Below, piece after piece: positions 21,954 to 31,660 of a stretch of DNA of 64,000 bases (within the stretch, counting starts at the first letter, position 1; every line of letters begins with the position of its first letter). This DNA is from Spirochaetia bacterium (GTDB lineage Bacteria > Spirochaetota > Spirochaetia > UBA9216). The notes under the pieces were generated by a model that saw nothing but the letters and a program-made list of their open reading frames with translations, searched no databases and was not told the origin of the DNA. The stretch is from positions 1,184,001-1,248,000 of the forward strand of contig OZ223269.1 of the NCBI GenBank assembly GCA_965140585.1, given 5' to 3'. The position numbers were made by a program, and so were the translations under genes.

Positions 21954-22671
21954 CAATAAAGAAGCAATAAGACTGCAGGTATATCTGGCTCATTCCGGAA
22001 TAGGTTCCAGGCGTAAATGTGAAGAATTTATTTCGCAGGGAAGAGTTTCTGTAAACGGTAAGATCGTGCGGGAACAGGGCATAAAAATTACTGATGATTC
22101 AGTATCCTTCGATGGAAGACCGGTATATCCGGCAAAGAAAAAAATATATCTTGCACTGAATAAACCCATACGTTATGTATGCACTTCAGATGATCCTGAC
22201 GGACGTCCGACAGCACTTGACCTCGTAAAGAATGCCTGGCCCGGCAGAATATATAATGTAGGACGTCTTGATTATATGTCTTCCGGACTGATTCTTTTCA
22301 CAAACGACGGTGAATTTACCAAGATAATTACTCACCCGTCTTCCGGTGTCCTTAAAACCTACCTCATAGAAACAAGAGAGGAAATCAAGGACGAGGATCT
22401 TGAAGAATGGAAGAAGGGCGTACGGGTTAAAGGAATAAAATACCAGATTAGTGATTTTTCAAAGAAATCACCTTATAAGGTTGAAGTTACCCTTGCTGAA
22501 GGTAAAAACCGGGAGATAAGAAACCTTTTTGCCTCACGTCTTTACAAGATTAAAAAACTTCACAGAATAATGATAGGAAATATTTCCATCAAAGGCATTA
22601 AACCCGGTGAGTACAGATATCTGAACGATAAGGAAGTTTCAAGGCTTCTGAGATCAGGAGACGGACATTGA
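21946..22671 (+). CDS. rluB: RsuA/RluB-family pseudouridine synthase
   Basis: S4 domain, GRLD catalytic motif, EGKNREIR; usual scpB-rluB-cmk context. Confidence 0.88.
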   Translation: MDDNKEAIRLQVYLAHSGIGSRRKCEEFISQGRVSVNGKIVREQGIKITDDSVSFDGRPVYPAKKKIYLALNKPIRYVCTSDDPDGRPTALDLVKNAWPGRIYNVGRLDYMSSGLILFTNDGEFTKIITHPSSGVLKTYLIETREEIKDEDLEEWKKGVRVKGIKYQISDFSKKSPYKVEVTLAEGKNREIRNLFASRLYKIKKLHRIMIGNISIKGIKPGEYRYLNDKEVSRLLRSGDGH

Positions 22672-23300
22672 TCATAGCACTCGACGGTCCTGCAGGCGTC
22701 GGTAAAAGTACAATAGCAAAAAAAATTGCTGAAAAATCCGGTTTTTTTTACCTGAATTCAGGAAACTTTTACCGGGCTGTAACACTTTCAGCCATTAAAA
22801 AGAATCTGGAACTGACAGATAAGACTGCGATTACCGATAATGCGAAAAATATAAGCATTGAAATAAAAGATAAAAAGCTTCATCTTGACGGAATTAACGT
22901 TGAAACTCATCTTCACACAGATGCCGTTGATAAATGGGTAGCTACACATTCTGCCATTATCGATGTAAGAAGCATAGTAACCGATGCTCTTCGAAAAACC
23001 GCATCAGGAATGGATGTAGTTGTTGAAGGCCGTGATATATCAACCGTCGTTTTTCCTGATGCTGATTTCAAGTTTTACATGGATGCTTCAATTGAAGTCC
23101 GCGCCAGCCGCCGCTACAAACAGGGAACCAGTTCACAATCACTGGAAGAGCTTATAAACTCTATCAGAGAACGTGATGAAATAGATAAAAACAAACCTGT
23201 GGGGAGTCTGAAATTAGCCGAGGATGCCATATATTTGGACACATCGGACTTGACCATAGATGAAGTTTGTGAGAAAGTATTACATAAAATTCAGAGATGA
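22668..23300 (+). CDS. cmk: Cytidylate kinase
   Basis: DGPAGVGKST and VVEGRDI motifs; upstream of rpsA. Confidence 0.97.
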   Translation: MIIALDGPAGVGKSTIAKKIAEKSGFFYLNSGNFYRAVTLSAIKKNLELTDKTAITDNAKNISIEIKDKKLHLDGINVETHLHTDAVDKWVATHSAIIDVRSIVTDALRKTASGMDVVVEGRDISTVVFPDADFKFYMDASIEVRASRRYKQGTSSQSLEELINSIRERDEIDKNKPVGSLKLAEDAIYLDTSDLTIDEVCEKVLHKIQR

Positions 23301-23322
23301 AATAACAGGTTTTAGGAGATAG

Positions 23323-25041
23323 TTGCCGCTTATGACAGACAGAGATGTTACCGCCGACAATAACAACATGACCCTTCAGGAAGAATATCTGAAGAACTTC
23401 GAAGATATCGAAGAAGGGGCCCTGATCGAGGGTACAGTAATAGAGATTACCCCCGAACAGGTTTTTATAGACGTAGGCTATAAATCAGAAGGCAAAATCT
23501 CCCTTGAAGAATTCGAAAATAAACCAGAAATTGGGGATAAGGTCAGTGTAGTGCTGATCAAGAAAGAAGGAAGAGGCGGCCAGGTTGTCGTTTCCAAGAA
23601 AAAAGCCGACAGTCAGGTATTCTGGAAAAACCTGAAAGAAGCTTCAGAGAACGAAACACCCATTGAAGGAACAGTATGTAAGGTTATCAAGGGTGGTTTT
23701 GAAGTTGATCTGGGGTTTGATGTAAAGGCTTTCAACCCGATTTCAAAAATTGACACAATCAGAGTAGAAACTCCGGAAGAGTACCTCAATCTAAAGTCAA
23801 AGTTTCTGATTGACAAGTTCAGTACTTCTTCACGGGCAAGAATAGTAGTTTCAAGAAGACAGTATCTTGAAAAAGCTGCTGAAAAAGCCAAGAAAGACTT
23901 CTTTGAAAACACAACTATCGGCGATGAAGTTGAAGGTTCAGTTAAAAGCTTTACATCTTTCGGTGCATTCATAGATCTTGGTGGTTTTGACGGACTTCTC
24001 CATATCAATGATATGAGCTGGGGACATGTCACAAAGCCGAAAGATTATGTTAAGAAAGGACAGGTTATAAAGCTTAAGGTCATCAAGATTGATCCTGAAG
24101 ACAAGAAAATCAACCTTTCACTTAAACATTTTTCAGACAACCCATGGAACACCTTCGAGCACAGATATCACATCGATGATGTTATTAATGGAAAGGTTAC
24201 AAAGCTCACAGATTTCGGTGCTTTTATAGAGATAGAAGAAGGTATTGAAGGTCTGGCGCATATTTCAGAACTTTCATGGACCAAGAGGGTTAATCATCCG
24301 AAAGAAGTTGTTTCCATCGGTGATGAAGTAGAAGCCAAAATACTTGCTTTTAACCTTGATGAGGGACGTATTTCGCTTGGACTCAAGCAGGTTCTTCCTA
24401 ATCCGTGGGATTCAATTGCAGAAAAATTCCCTGTTGGAATGGTTCTTAAAAAGACTATCAAGAAAGTTACCAATTCAGGTGCTTTCATTGAACTTGAAGA
24501 AGGTATTGATGCCTTCCTTCATATAGATGATCTTTCCTGGACAAAGAAGATTAAGAATGCTTCTTCAGTTCTTAAGGAAGGTGAGGAAATTGAAGCTTCA
24601 GTTATTTCTGTTGACAGTGAAAACAAGCGTGTTAGACTTGGTGTTAAACAGCTTTCCGACGACCCATGGGATCAGCTTAAGAAATCCTATCCGAGAGGAA
24701 GTCTTATTGAAGGCGAAGTAACCAATATTACCGACTTTGGAATTTTTGTTAAGGTTCCCGGAGGTATTGAAGGTCTTATCAACAAGTATAATCTTGCTGA
24801 AAACCCCAACAGAGAGCTTTCAGACGAAGATCTTCTTAAGAAATTCAACGTAGGCGATAAGGTTAAAGCCCTTGTTACAGAAATCAAAGCTGATGCACAG
24901 AGACTTTCACTTTCCATCAGGGAATACCAGAAGAGTCTTCAGCGTGAAGAACTTTCCAAATATATTCATGACAGTGAAGAGGAAGGAAACTTTACACTTG
25001 GCGACATGCTTAAAGATAAAATAAATCTCGACGAAGAATAA
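23323..25041 (+). CDS. rpsA: 30S ribosomal protein S1
   Basis: Six S1 repeats (FGAFIDLGGFDGLLHI etc.). Confidence 0.98.
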   Translation: MPLMTDRDVTADNNNMTLQEEYLKNFEDIEEGALIEGTVIEITPEQVFIDVGYKSEGKISLEEFENKPEIGDKVSVVLIKKEGRGGQVVVSKKKADSQVFWKNLKEASENETPIEGTVCKVIKGGFEVDLGFDVKAFNPISKIDTIRVETPEEYLNLKSKFLIDKFSTSSRARIVVSRRQYLEKAAEKAKKDFFENTTIGDEVEGSVKSFTSFGAFIDLGGFDGLLHINDMSWGHVTKPKDYVKKGQVIKLKVIKIDPEDKKINLSLKHFSDNPWNTFEHRYHIDDVINGKVTKLTDFGAFIEIEEGIEGLAHISELSWTKRVNHPKEVVSIGDEVEAKILAFNLDEGRISLGLKQVLPNPWDSIAEKFPVGMVLKKTIKKVTNSGAFIELEEGIDAFLHIDDLSWTKKIKNASSVLKEGEEIEASVISVDSENKRVRLGVKQLSDDPWDQLKKSYPRGSLIEGEVTNITDFGIFVKVPGGIEGLINKYNLAENPNRELSDEDLLKKFNVGDKVKALVTEIKADAQRLSLSIREYQKSLQREELSKYIHDSEEEGNFTLGDMLKDKINLDEE

Positions 25042-25064
25042 GAACTGACAGGACGGTAAAACCT

Positions 25065-26573
25065 ATGCAGGCAGCGTCCATTGATGTTGAGCGCCTTGAA
25101 ACACTAATCGAAATTAACACTCTTATTAATTCCGATTATGCTGATGACAAGGCGCTTTTAACGCATATACTGGAGGCTGCCTCACGCCTGACAAACGGTG
25201 AATCATCATCTATTCTCTTATTGAATCCTGAAAATGACCGATTGTATTTTGAAATCTCGCTTGGACCGAAGGGACCTGAAGTCCAGAAATTTTCAGTGAA
25301 AGTAGGTGAGGGCATAGCCGGATGGGTTGCAAAGCATAATAAAAGTCTGATTGTAAATGATGTTGATAAAGACGAAAGACACTTCAAAGGCATAGATTCA
25401 CAGACAGGATATGCCACAACCTCAATTCTGGCCGTACCAATGCGTATTAAAGACCGCTGTGTCGGTGTTATAGAAATTATTAACAGACTCGATCAGCAGA
25501 ATTTCACCAATGATGACCTTGTCTGGCTCGAACGCTTTGCTGTTCAAGCTGCACTGGCTATTCAGAACGCAAGATCCTACCAGCGGCTTACTGATGAAAT
25601 TATCAGGCTTCAGGATAAAATCAATGTGGAAAAAGGATACCATCCATTTATTCATGGCAGCAGAATAATTAAAGAAAAACTTGAACTTGCTGAAAAGATT
25701 GCATCTACAGATTCATCTGTATTGATTCTTGGAGAAAGCGGCGCAGGCAAGGAACTCTTTGCTGAGCAGATACACCTTAACAGCAAAAGAGCAGGCGGTC
25801 CTTTTATCAGAATTAACTGTGCAGCGCTTCCTGAACATCTTCTCGAAAGTGAGCTTTTCGGACATGTTAAGGGTGCTTTTACCGATGCCACAAACGACAG
25901 GCGCGGCCGATTTGAATTGGCAGACGGGGGTACAATTTTTCTTGATGAAATAGGTGATATGCCGCTGAATCTTCAAAGCAAGCTGTTAAGAGTTTTACAG
26001 CATATGGTTTTTGAAAAAGTCGGAGCCAGTGAACCTACCACTGTTGACGTGAGGGTGCTTGCTGCAACAAATAAAGATATTGAAAAGCTGATTGAACTGG
26101 GCGAGTTCAGAAGGGATTTATATTACAGGTTAAATGTACTGCCTTTTTATGTTCCGCCGTTAAGAGAACGTGTTGAAGATATTCCTGAACTGTCCTCCTT
26201 TTTTCTAAAAAAGTTCAATCGGGAGCTTAAAAAAAGAATAAAAGAGTTTTCAAATGAAGCTCTGGATGCACTTATGAGTTATGCCTGGCCTGGCAATGTG
26301 AGAGAACTTGAAAATGTAATTGAACGTTCCGTAGTTATTTGTGATGAAGATTTTATTAAGCCTCAGCACCTGCTTTTATTCAATAATGCAGATCAGGCCG
26401 GTGATTACGATAAAAGCAGTCTTAAAGATGCAGTAAATACATTTAAAAAGCACTTTATCAAAAGTACTTTAGAAAACCATAGCTGGAATCAAACCGAGAC
26501 TGCAAAAACTCTTGGTATACAGAGAACATATCTCTCTAAATTGTTAAGGGAACTTGAAATAATCAATTCTTGA
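25065..26573 (+). CDS. GAF-domain sigma54-dependent transcriptional activator (NifA/FhlA-like architecture)
   Basis: GAF domain; GESGAGKE; ESELFGHVKGAFTDA; FLDEIG; WPGNVREL; C-terminal Fis-type HTH. Confidence 0.93.
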   Translation: MQAASIDVERLETLIEINTLINSDYADDKALLTHILEAASRLTNGESSSILLLNPENDRLYFEISLGPKGPEVQKFSVKVGEGIAGWVAKHNKSLIVNDVDKDERHFKGIDSQTGYATTSILAVPMRIKDRCVGVIEIINRLDQQNFTNDDLVWLERFAVQAALAIQNARSYQRLTDEIIRLQDKINVEKGYHPFIHGSRIIKEKLELAEKIASTDSSVLILGESGAGKELFAEQIHLNSKRAGGPFIRINCAALPEHLLESELFGHVKGAFTDATNDRRGRFELADGGTIFLDEIGDMPLNLQSKLLRVLQHMVFEKVGASEPTTVDVRVLAATNKDIEKLIELGEFRRDLYYRLNVLPFYVPPLRERVEDIPELSSFFLKKFNRELKKRIKEFSNEALDALMSYAWPGNVRELENVIERSVVICDEDFIKPQHLLLFNNADQAGDYDKSSLKDAVNTFKKHFIKSTLENHSWNQTETAKTLGIQRTYLSKLLRELEIINS

Positions 26574-26607
26574 TATATAATACACCAAAGGAGAATTTTT
26601 AAATAAA

Positions 26608-27306
26608 ATGGCGACTTCGAAAAATGCTAAAGAACTTAGCGGCAAACAGAAATTTTTAAATGGATTATCATCTTTTCTTGAAAAAAATAAAAAGTTGCTG
26701 GTTATCCTGCTTGCAGTTATTTTTGTTGCTGTAATAGTTTCAGCTATAATTACAAATCTTTCTGAAAAGAAAAATAATGAAGCGGCTTTAAGTGTTGAAG
26801 CTCTTCAGGAAAAATATGTCGAATGGCAGTCTTTCACTGATGAGGAAGAGGCTGATAAAACAGCGATGGAGCAGGAAATTATTGCTGATGCTGAAACACT
26901 TATTTCCGAGTATACAGGCAGTTATGCAGCGCAGAAAGCCTATTTTCTTTCCGGAAATATGAAATCAGCAGCTGAAAAATATGATGAGGCTGCGGATTAT
27001 TATGTAAAATCCTCAGAAGTAAACAAAAAAAGCTATCTCGCACCTGTTTCAATCATGCTTGCTGCAATATCCTATGAAAACTCGGGAAATAATGAGAAAG
27101 CAATCGAGATGTACCAGAATGTGGCTGATGACTATAGAGAGACCTATGCTGATGCACCAAGAGCAATTCTCTCCCTTGGCAGGCTATATGAGGCTTCAGG
27201 TGACATTGATAAGGCGGTTGAATATTACAACAGCCTAATAGACGACTTTCCTTCCAATGGCTGGACTGATTTTGCACACACCAGACTAATACAGTTAAAT
27301 AAATAG
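26608..27306 (+). CDS. Single-pass membrane TPR protein (YfgM-like)
   Basis: N-terminal TM helix followed by TPR units. Confidence 0.75.
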   Translation: MATSKNAKELSGKQKFLNGLSSFLEKNKKLLVILLAVIFVAVIVSAIITNLSEKKNNEAALSVEALQEKYVEWQSFTDEEEADKTAMEQEIIADAETLISEYTGSYAAQKAYFLSGNMKSAAEKYDEAADYYVKSSEVNKKSYLAPVSIMLAAISYENSGNNEKAIEMYQNVADDYRETYADAPRAILSLGRLYEASGDIDKAVEYYNSLIDDFPSNGWTDFAHTRLIQLNK

Positions 27307-27330
27307 ACCAGTATACCTGTTAAAAGAAAG

Positions 27331-27364
27331 GCTGACCATAACTATTAATGGTCAGCTTTTTTTT
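27331..27364 (+). terminator. Rho-independent terminator
   Basis: gctgaccat-loop-atggtcagc followed by T8. Confidence 0.85.
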
Positions 27365-27423
27365 GTTAAAAAATGCTTTTATTTTGCGTATTTTTTTGAC
27401 ATAATTAGTCAGGAGAACCCCTT

Positions 27424-29799
27424 ATGTCAGGAAAAAAGAAACGGTTAAAAATATTTGAAACAAAGGTATTCTGCTGGATCATTGGTCTTCTTCTTCTACT
27501 AGCATTCACTGCAGTCTCAGAATATACAGATGTCTTCAGACGGCTCGATTCTTCTATGCTTGATACTTTTTTTAAAAACAGATATTCAAGGCAGAATAAG
27601 GACATAGAAGTCGGCGTTACTCTGGAAGAATTCAATCCAAACATATCTCCTGATATCCTTATAGTAGGTATAGATTTAAAATCACTTGAAAGACTGGGAA
27701 AATGGCCGTTTCCACGCTGGAGGGAAGCTGATCTGCTCAGTTCACTTGCAAGAATTCAGAATCAGAATGAAAGAGAAAGCTCCATCTTCATGGATATTTT
27801 CCTTACAGACCCTGATAATAATACGACTCATGATGGTATTCTCAATGAAGCGATAAATGAAAATGGAAGAGTCTTCCTTGAAACAGTACTCAGCCAGACA
27901 CCACCTTCTTCTACAACATATGATGATTATTTTTACCGTCAGGAACTTTTATATGATAATTACGGAGAGTTAACTGATATTAAGGGAAACTGGTCCGAGA
28001 TGATGTCATTCTACGGACTGGAACCGCCTCTTGCACCTTATGCCAATTCAACCTACGGATACGGACATGCAAACTTTAAAGAGGATAACGACGGGATTTA
28101 TCGCCGACAGGCTCTTGTTGCAAAAAGCAGTAAATTAATTGATTCTGTTAAACTAAATGAGCTTGAGGTTGATTATCCTGTAGATTTCAATAATTACGAA
28201 CAACTTGTTTGGACTGATAATACAGGAAATAAGCATAATATTGAGTATCCTCTTACAAGACAGATTATTGAAAAGCTTAAAAGTGATATGGAAAAGGATG
28301 CACCTTTAAAAACTGTTGATACTAACAATGACGGGGAACCGGACGAAAAATATTACATTGTTGAAAAATATGAAAGCAGTTTTGTTCCATCTATCACCTT
28401 AAGTTTATCATGTAATTATTTCGGAAAGACGCTCAATGATCTTGATATTACAATAGGGGAGTCCATAGTAATTCCTTCTCCGCAGGTTTTTAACGTTGAA
28501 AGCGGAGCATGGGAGAAATACACAATAATTACAAGTCCGGCTGAATTTGATGAAGAAGGCAATCTGACCAAGGAAGCTGTCAAGCGTGATATCGACGAAA
28601 TACGTATTCCAATTGATGAAGACGGAACAATGCTGATAAATTACATGGGATTCCCATCATTTGCAGCAGCTGGCGAACGTCAAACCTATCCTATACGTTC
28701 CTTTTCCGGTTATGCTACTACACCGCCTGAGGCCGGAGGAAGACTACCCAGAACCAAAGCTCTGGGTAATAAAATTGTAATGGTTGGAGCCTTTACAAGA
28801 GGAATGGCTGATGATGAAAAACCGACACCATACGGACTGATGTTCGGTGTTGAAATACACGCCAATGCCCTTAATACCATCCTGATGGACAAATTTCTAA
28901 CAGACGCTCCTTTCTGGGTAGATACATTAATTCTGGCTGTAGCTATTTTCCTTGTAGCTTTTCTTTCTTCAAGGCTGCCAACTTTATGGTCTCTGCTTAT
29001 ATCACTTGTTCTAATCCTGAGTATTTTCATAGGATCCAGCTTTATTTTTGATTCACATAATTATGTAATATCTTTTCCAGAACCGGCCTCGGCTATTGTT
29101 CTGACCTTCCTTATGATCATTGCCTACAGGGCAATGACAGAGGAACGTGATAAACGTAAAATAAAGGGAATGTTCGGTACATATCTCAGTCCGAAGGTTG
29201 TTGAGCAGATGATGGATAATCCTCCAGAGCTTGGCGGTGTTGATAAGGATTTAACAGTATTCTTCTCTGACATAAGAGGTTTTACAACGCTCTCAGAGTC
29301 AATGGAACCACAGGAGCTCGTGCAGCTACTTAATAAGTACCTGACTGAGATGACTAACATTATAATCGAAACAGAAGGAACTCTTGATAAGTTTGAGGGT
29401 GATGCCATTATGGCCTTCTGGGGAGCACCCCTTGAACAGGATGATCATGCTTTAAGGGCCTGTACAGCTGCCATTAAGCAGATGGAAGCATTAAAAGAAT
29501 TGAACAAAACCTTACCTCCCGAAAAACAGATTGATATTGGAATCGGCCTTAATTCAGGAAAAATGACTGTAGGAAACATGGGCGCCGCCCAGAGGATGGA
29601 TTATACGGTAATGGGTGATAATGTAAACCTGGGTGCAAGGCTTGAAGGAACCAATAAACAGTACAGAACAAACATAATAATGAGTGATAATACATTTGGA
29701 AAGGTTAAAGATAAAGTTATTGCCAGGGAACTCGATAACATCAGGGTAAAGGGAAAGAATAAACCTGTACTCATCTATGAACTTATTGACATTTTATAA
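27424..29799 (+). CDS. CHASE2-domain class III adenylate cyclase
   Basis: CHASE2 (IVGID..SL..LGKWPFPR, D.DG.YRR, GVEIHANAL), 3 TM helices, cyclase motifs FSDIRGFT, DKFEGDA and DYTVMGDNVNLGARLE (K/D pair suggests ATP). Confidence 0.93.
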   Translation: MSGKKKRLKIFETKVFCWIIGLLLLLAFTAVSEYTDVFRRLDSSMLDTFFKNRYSRQNKDIEVGVTLEEFNPNISPDILIVGIDLKSLERLGKWPFPRWREADLLSSLARIQNQNERESSIFMDIFLTDPDNNTTHDGILNEAINENGRVFLETVLSQTPPSSTTYDDYFYRQELLYDNYGELTDIKGNWSEMMSFYGLEPPLAPYANSTYGYGHANFKEDNDGIYRRQALVAKSSKLIDSVKLNELEVDYPVDFNNYEQLVWTDNTGNKHNIEYPLTRQIIEKLKSDMEKDAPLKTVDTNNDGEPDEKYYIVEKYESSFVPSITLSLSCNYFGKTLNDLDITIGESIVIPSPQVFNVESGAWEKYTIITSPAEFDEEGNLTKEAVKRDIDEIRIPIDEDGTMLINYMGFPSFAAAGERQTYPIRSFSGYATTPPEAGGRLPRTKALGNKIVMVGAFTRGMADDEKPTPYGLMFGVEIHANALNTILMDKFLTDAPFWVDTLILAVAIFLVAFLSSRLPTLWSLLISLVLILSIFIGSSFIFDSHNYVISFPEPASAIVLTFLMIIAYRAMTEERDKRKIKGMFGTYLSPKVVEQMMDNPPELGGVDKDLTVFFSDIRGFTTLSESMEPQELVQLLNKYLTEMTNIIIETEGTLDKFEGDAIMAFWGAPLEQDDHALRACTAAIKQMEALKELNKTLPPEKQIDIGIGLNSGKMTVGNMGAAQRMDYTVMGDNVNLGARLEGTNKQYRTNIIMSDNTFGKVKDKVIARELDNIRVKGKNKPVLIYELIDIL

Positions 29800-29817
29800 A
29801 GTAATTACCTAAATTAC

Positions 29818-29861
29818 AAAAAAGCCCTGATTCTTTATTTAATAAAAGAACAGGGCTTTTT
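29818..29861. terminator. Possibly bidirectional intrinsic terminator after the cyclase gene
   Basis: aaagccctg...cagggcttt stem with flanking A- and T-tracts. Confidence 0.8.
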
Positions 29862-29988
29862 AAGTATTAGGGGAGGAAAATAGTGTTATAAATATTAAGA
29901 CAATATTAGTTATTATGTCCGTATAAAGTTATTAAACATTAGCTTGACATTATAAGAGTAAAAGGTAAGAATAAGCTCGAAACAATTT

Positions 29989-30864
29989 ATGAGCTTATTG
30001 ATATTTAATATAAAAGATAGATTAGAAATTTTAGAAAATAGGGTAGTGCTAAGTTTTATTTCATTACCGCTCCTCCGGTATTTTAGTCTAATAAGTCTTG
30101 TTTTAATATTAATTTTTATTTCATCCTGCGGGTTGCCTACATATGCCTACCTTGCACCACCCGTAACAACTCAGGTACGTGATGATCCTACTACAGGTGA
30201 ATATGACTTGATTTTTCAAAACGCTTATACTAATTCCCTAAATATATTTCAGGGTTATGAGATTTTCTATAAAATCTATTATCCGGAATCAACGAGTTCT
30301 ACAACCTATCTTACAGATTTTAATAGAATTGACGGGAACTCCAGTCCTGATTATACTCTTTTAAAAAATAATGGATTCAGAAGGTTATATGTTTCCACCG
30401 GAATAACTGGGTCTACTCTTATTACATCCGGTATTGATGAAACTTCACACAGCAATTCTAAACCTGCATTTCTGCTTGATGAGAATCTTCTGGATGCTGA
30501 TTTTGAAATCAGATTTAATTTTCTCAATGAGAATTATAATAATATTGAATCTTATAACACAAGCACATATACATTCGACCCGACACCTTATCTTTACAGA
30601 TGGGTATATAATGATCAGATATCTGATCCTTCAAGTTCTGATTATATTGCTAAATCTTTTAATGATACTGATTTTGATTTAAATGACAGTGATATGCCAT
30701 CGAGTATTACTTCTGCAAATATGTCGGATGTAATGAACCTCTATATAACTTTTTATATATGTTCCTACGGAAGAGACACAGACGATATTACTCAGTCTGT
30801 GTATAGTGAACCTGAATATCTGGGAACCTTAAGCTTTGACTGCAGTATTACAGATTCCTACTGA
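29989..30864 (+). CDS. Hypothetical lipoprotein
   Basis: Hydrophobic stretch ending ILIFISS-C (lipobox-like, Cys codon 30127); AT-rich; true start may be GTG 30046. Confidence 0.7.
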   Translation: MSLLIFNIKDRLEILENRVVLSFISLPLLRYFSLISLVLILIFISSCGLPTYAYLAPPVTTQVRDDPTTGEYDLIFQNAYTNSLNIFQGYEIFYKIYYPESTSSTTYLTDFNRIDGNSSPDYTLLKNNGFRRLYVSTGITGSTLITSGIDETSHSNSKPAFLLDENLLDADFEIRFNFLNENYNNIESYNTSTYTFDPTPYLYRWVYNDQISDPSSSDYIAKSFNDTDFDLNDSDMPSSITSANMSDVMNLYITFYICSYGRDTDDITQSVYSEPEYLGTLSFDCSITDSY

Positions 30865-30900
30865 TACTTTTTTATTATAATATTGGAGATTTATAGTTAG

Positions 30901-31188
30901 ATGTTTTTTTATTTTAATGTAGCACTTACGTATCTTTTGATTGGTACTATCATATCTTTCCTTTTCTTTTTATTTTTTAAACGAAAAAGCCTTAAACATT
31001 TTCTTCCCTGCCTATTATTCGGAGTGATAGGTTCTTTTCTGGGAGGTTTCTTAAATCTTTTTATTACATTTGATCCTCTTAAGTATTTCAGCTTTTTCAA
31101 AAATATTTTTACGATAAGTATATTCATGCCACTTATAACATCTATAGTTGTTGTCTTTTTTTACAGTATAGTAGCCGAGAATAACTAA
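30901..31188 (+). CDS. Small membrane protein, GlsB/YeaQ/YmgE-like
   Basis: Three hydrophobic helices with a GVIGSFLGG glycine motif; GGAG RBS upstream. Confidence 0.6.
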   Translation: MFFYFNVALTYLLIGTIISFLFFLFFKRKSLKHFLPCLLFGVIGSFLGGFLNLFITFDPLKYFSFFKNIFTISIFMPLITSIVVVFFYSIVAENN

Positions 31189-31302
31189 TTTTAAATAAAT
31201 AGAGTGGAATGATTGTTGGTTTTTTCTTTATAGATCTCATATTTACTTAGGGTTAATTTATAGGAAAAAACGCTGCTTTTTATAATTATTTGGAAACATT
31301 TT

Positions 31303-31330
31303 ACTTCTGATAATATATATTCTGTCTACA
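31303..31330. other. Candidate dif (XerCD chromosome dimer resolution) site
   Basis: ACTTCTGATAA-TATATA-TTCTGTCTACA in 11-6-11 layout, 21/28 identical to B. subtilis dif as I recall it; gene orientation and local GC skew switch here. Confidence 0.7.
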
Positions 31331-31660
31331 TGTAATAATTATCATTCCAATTATTTGAACACTTTATAACCCCCGCTGCTCAAAATTACACGACTTTTGC
31401 CCCGGAACACAAACGAAACCTCTCCTCCATAAAAACCGAAACCGCCAAAAAGACCAAACGCGTGCTAAACAACAGTCAAAATCCAGAACTTCACCTTTAT
31501 GTATTACCTCACGTTGTGTTATTTTATATACACCTCTGCTCTGAATTACAGAAACTTTCATGCAATTATATGCACAATATATGAATACAATGAAGCATTT
31601 AATTTTCTAATGATTGCCAGTATTATTAATTAATTTTTATATATGTGTTATCATAACTGT

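Noticed and set aside
31364-31561. 65-aa minus-strand ORF beside the dif-like site
   Set aside because: No RBS or recognisable motif; its composition (V/F/R/W/C) just reflects the G/T-rich strand
31189-31660. AT-rich gap as a possible oriC or CRISPR leader
   Set aside because: No DnaA-box cluster, no dnaA/dnaN and no direct-repeat array; genes converge here rather than diverge
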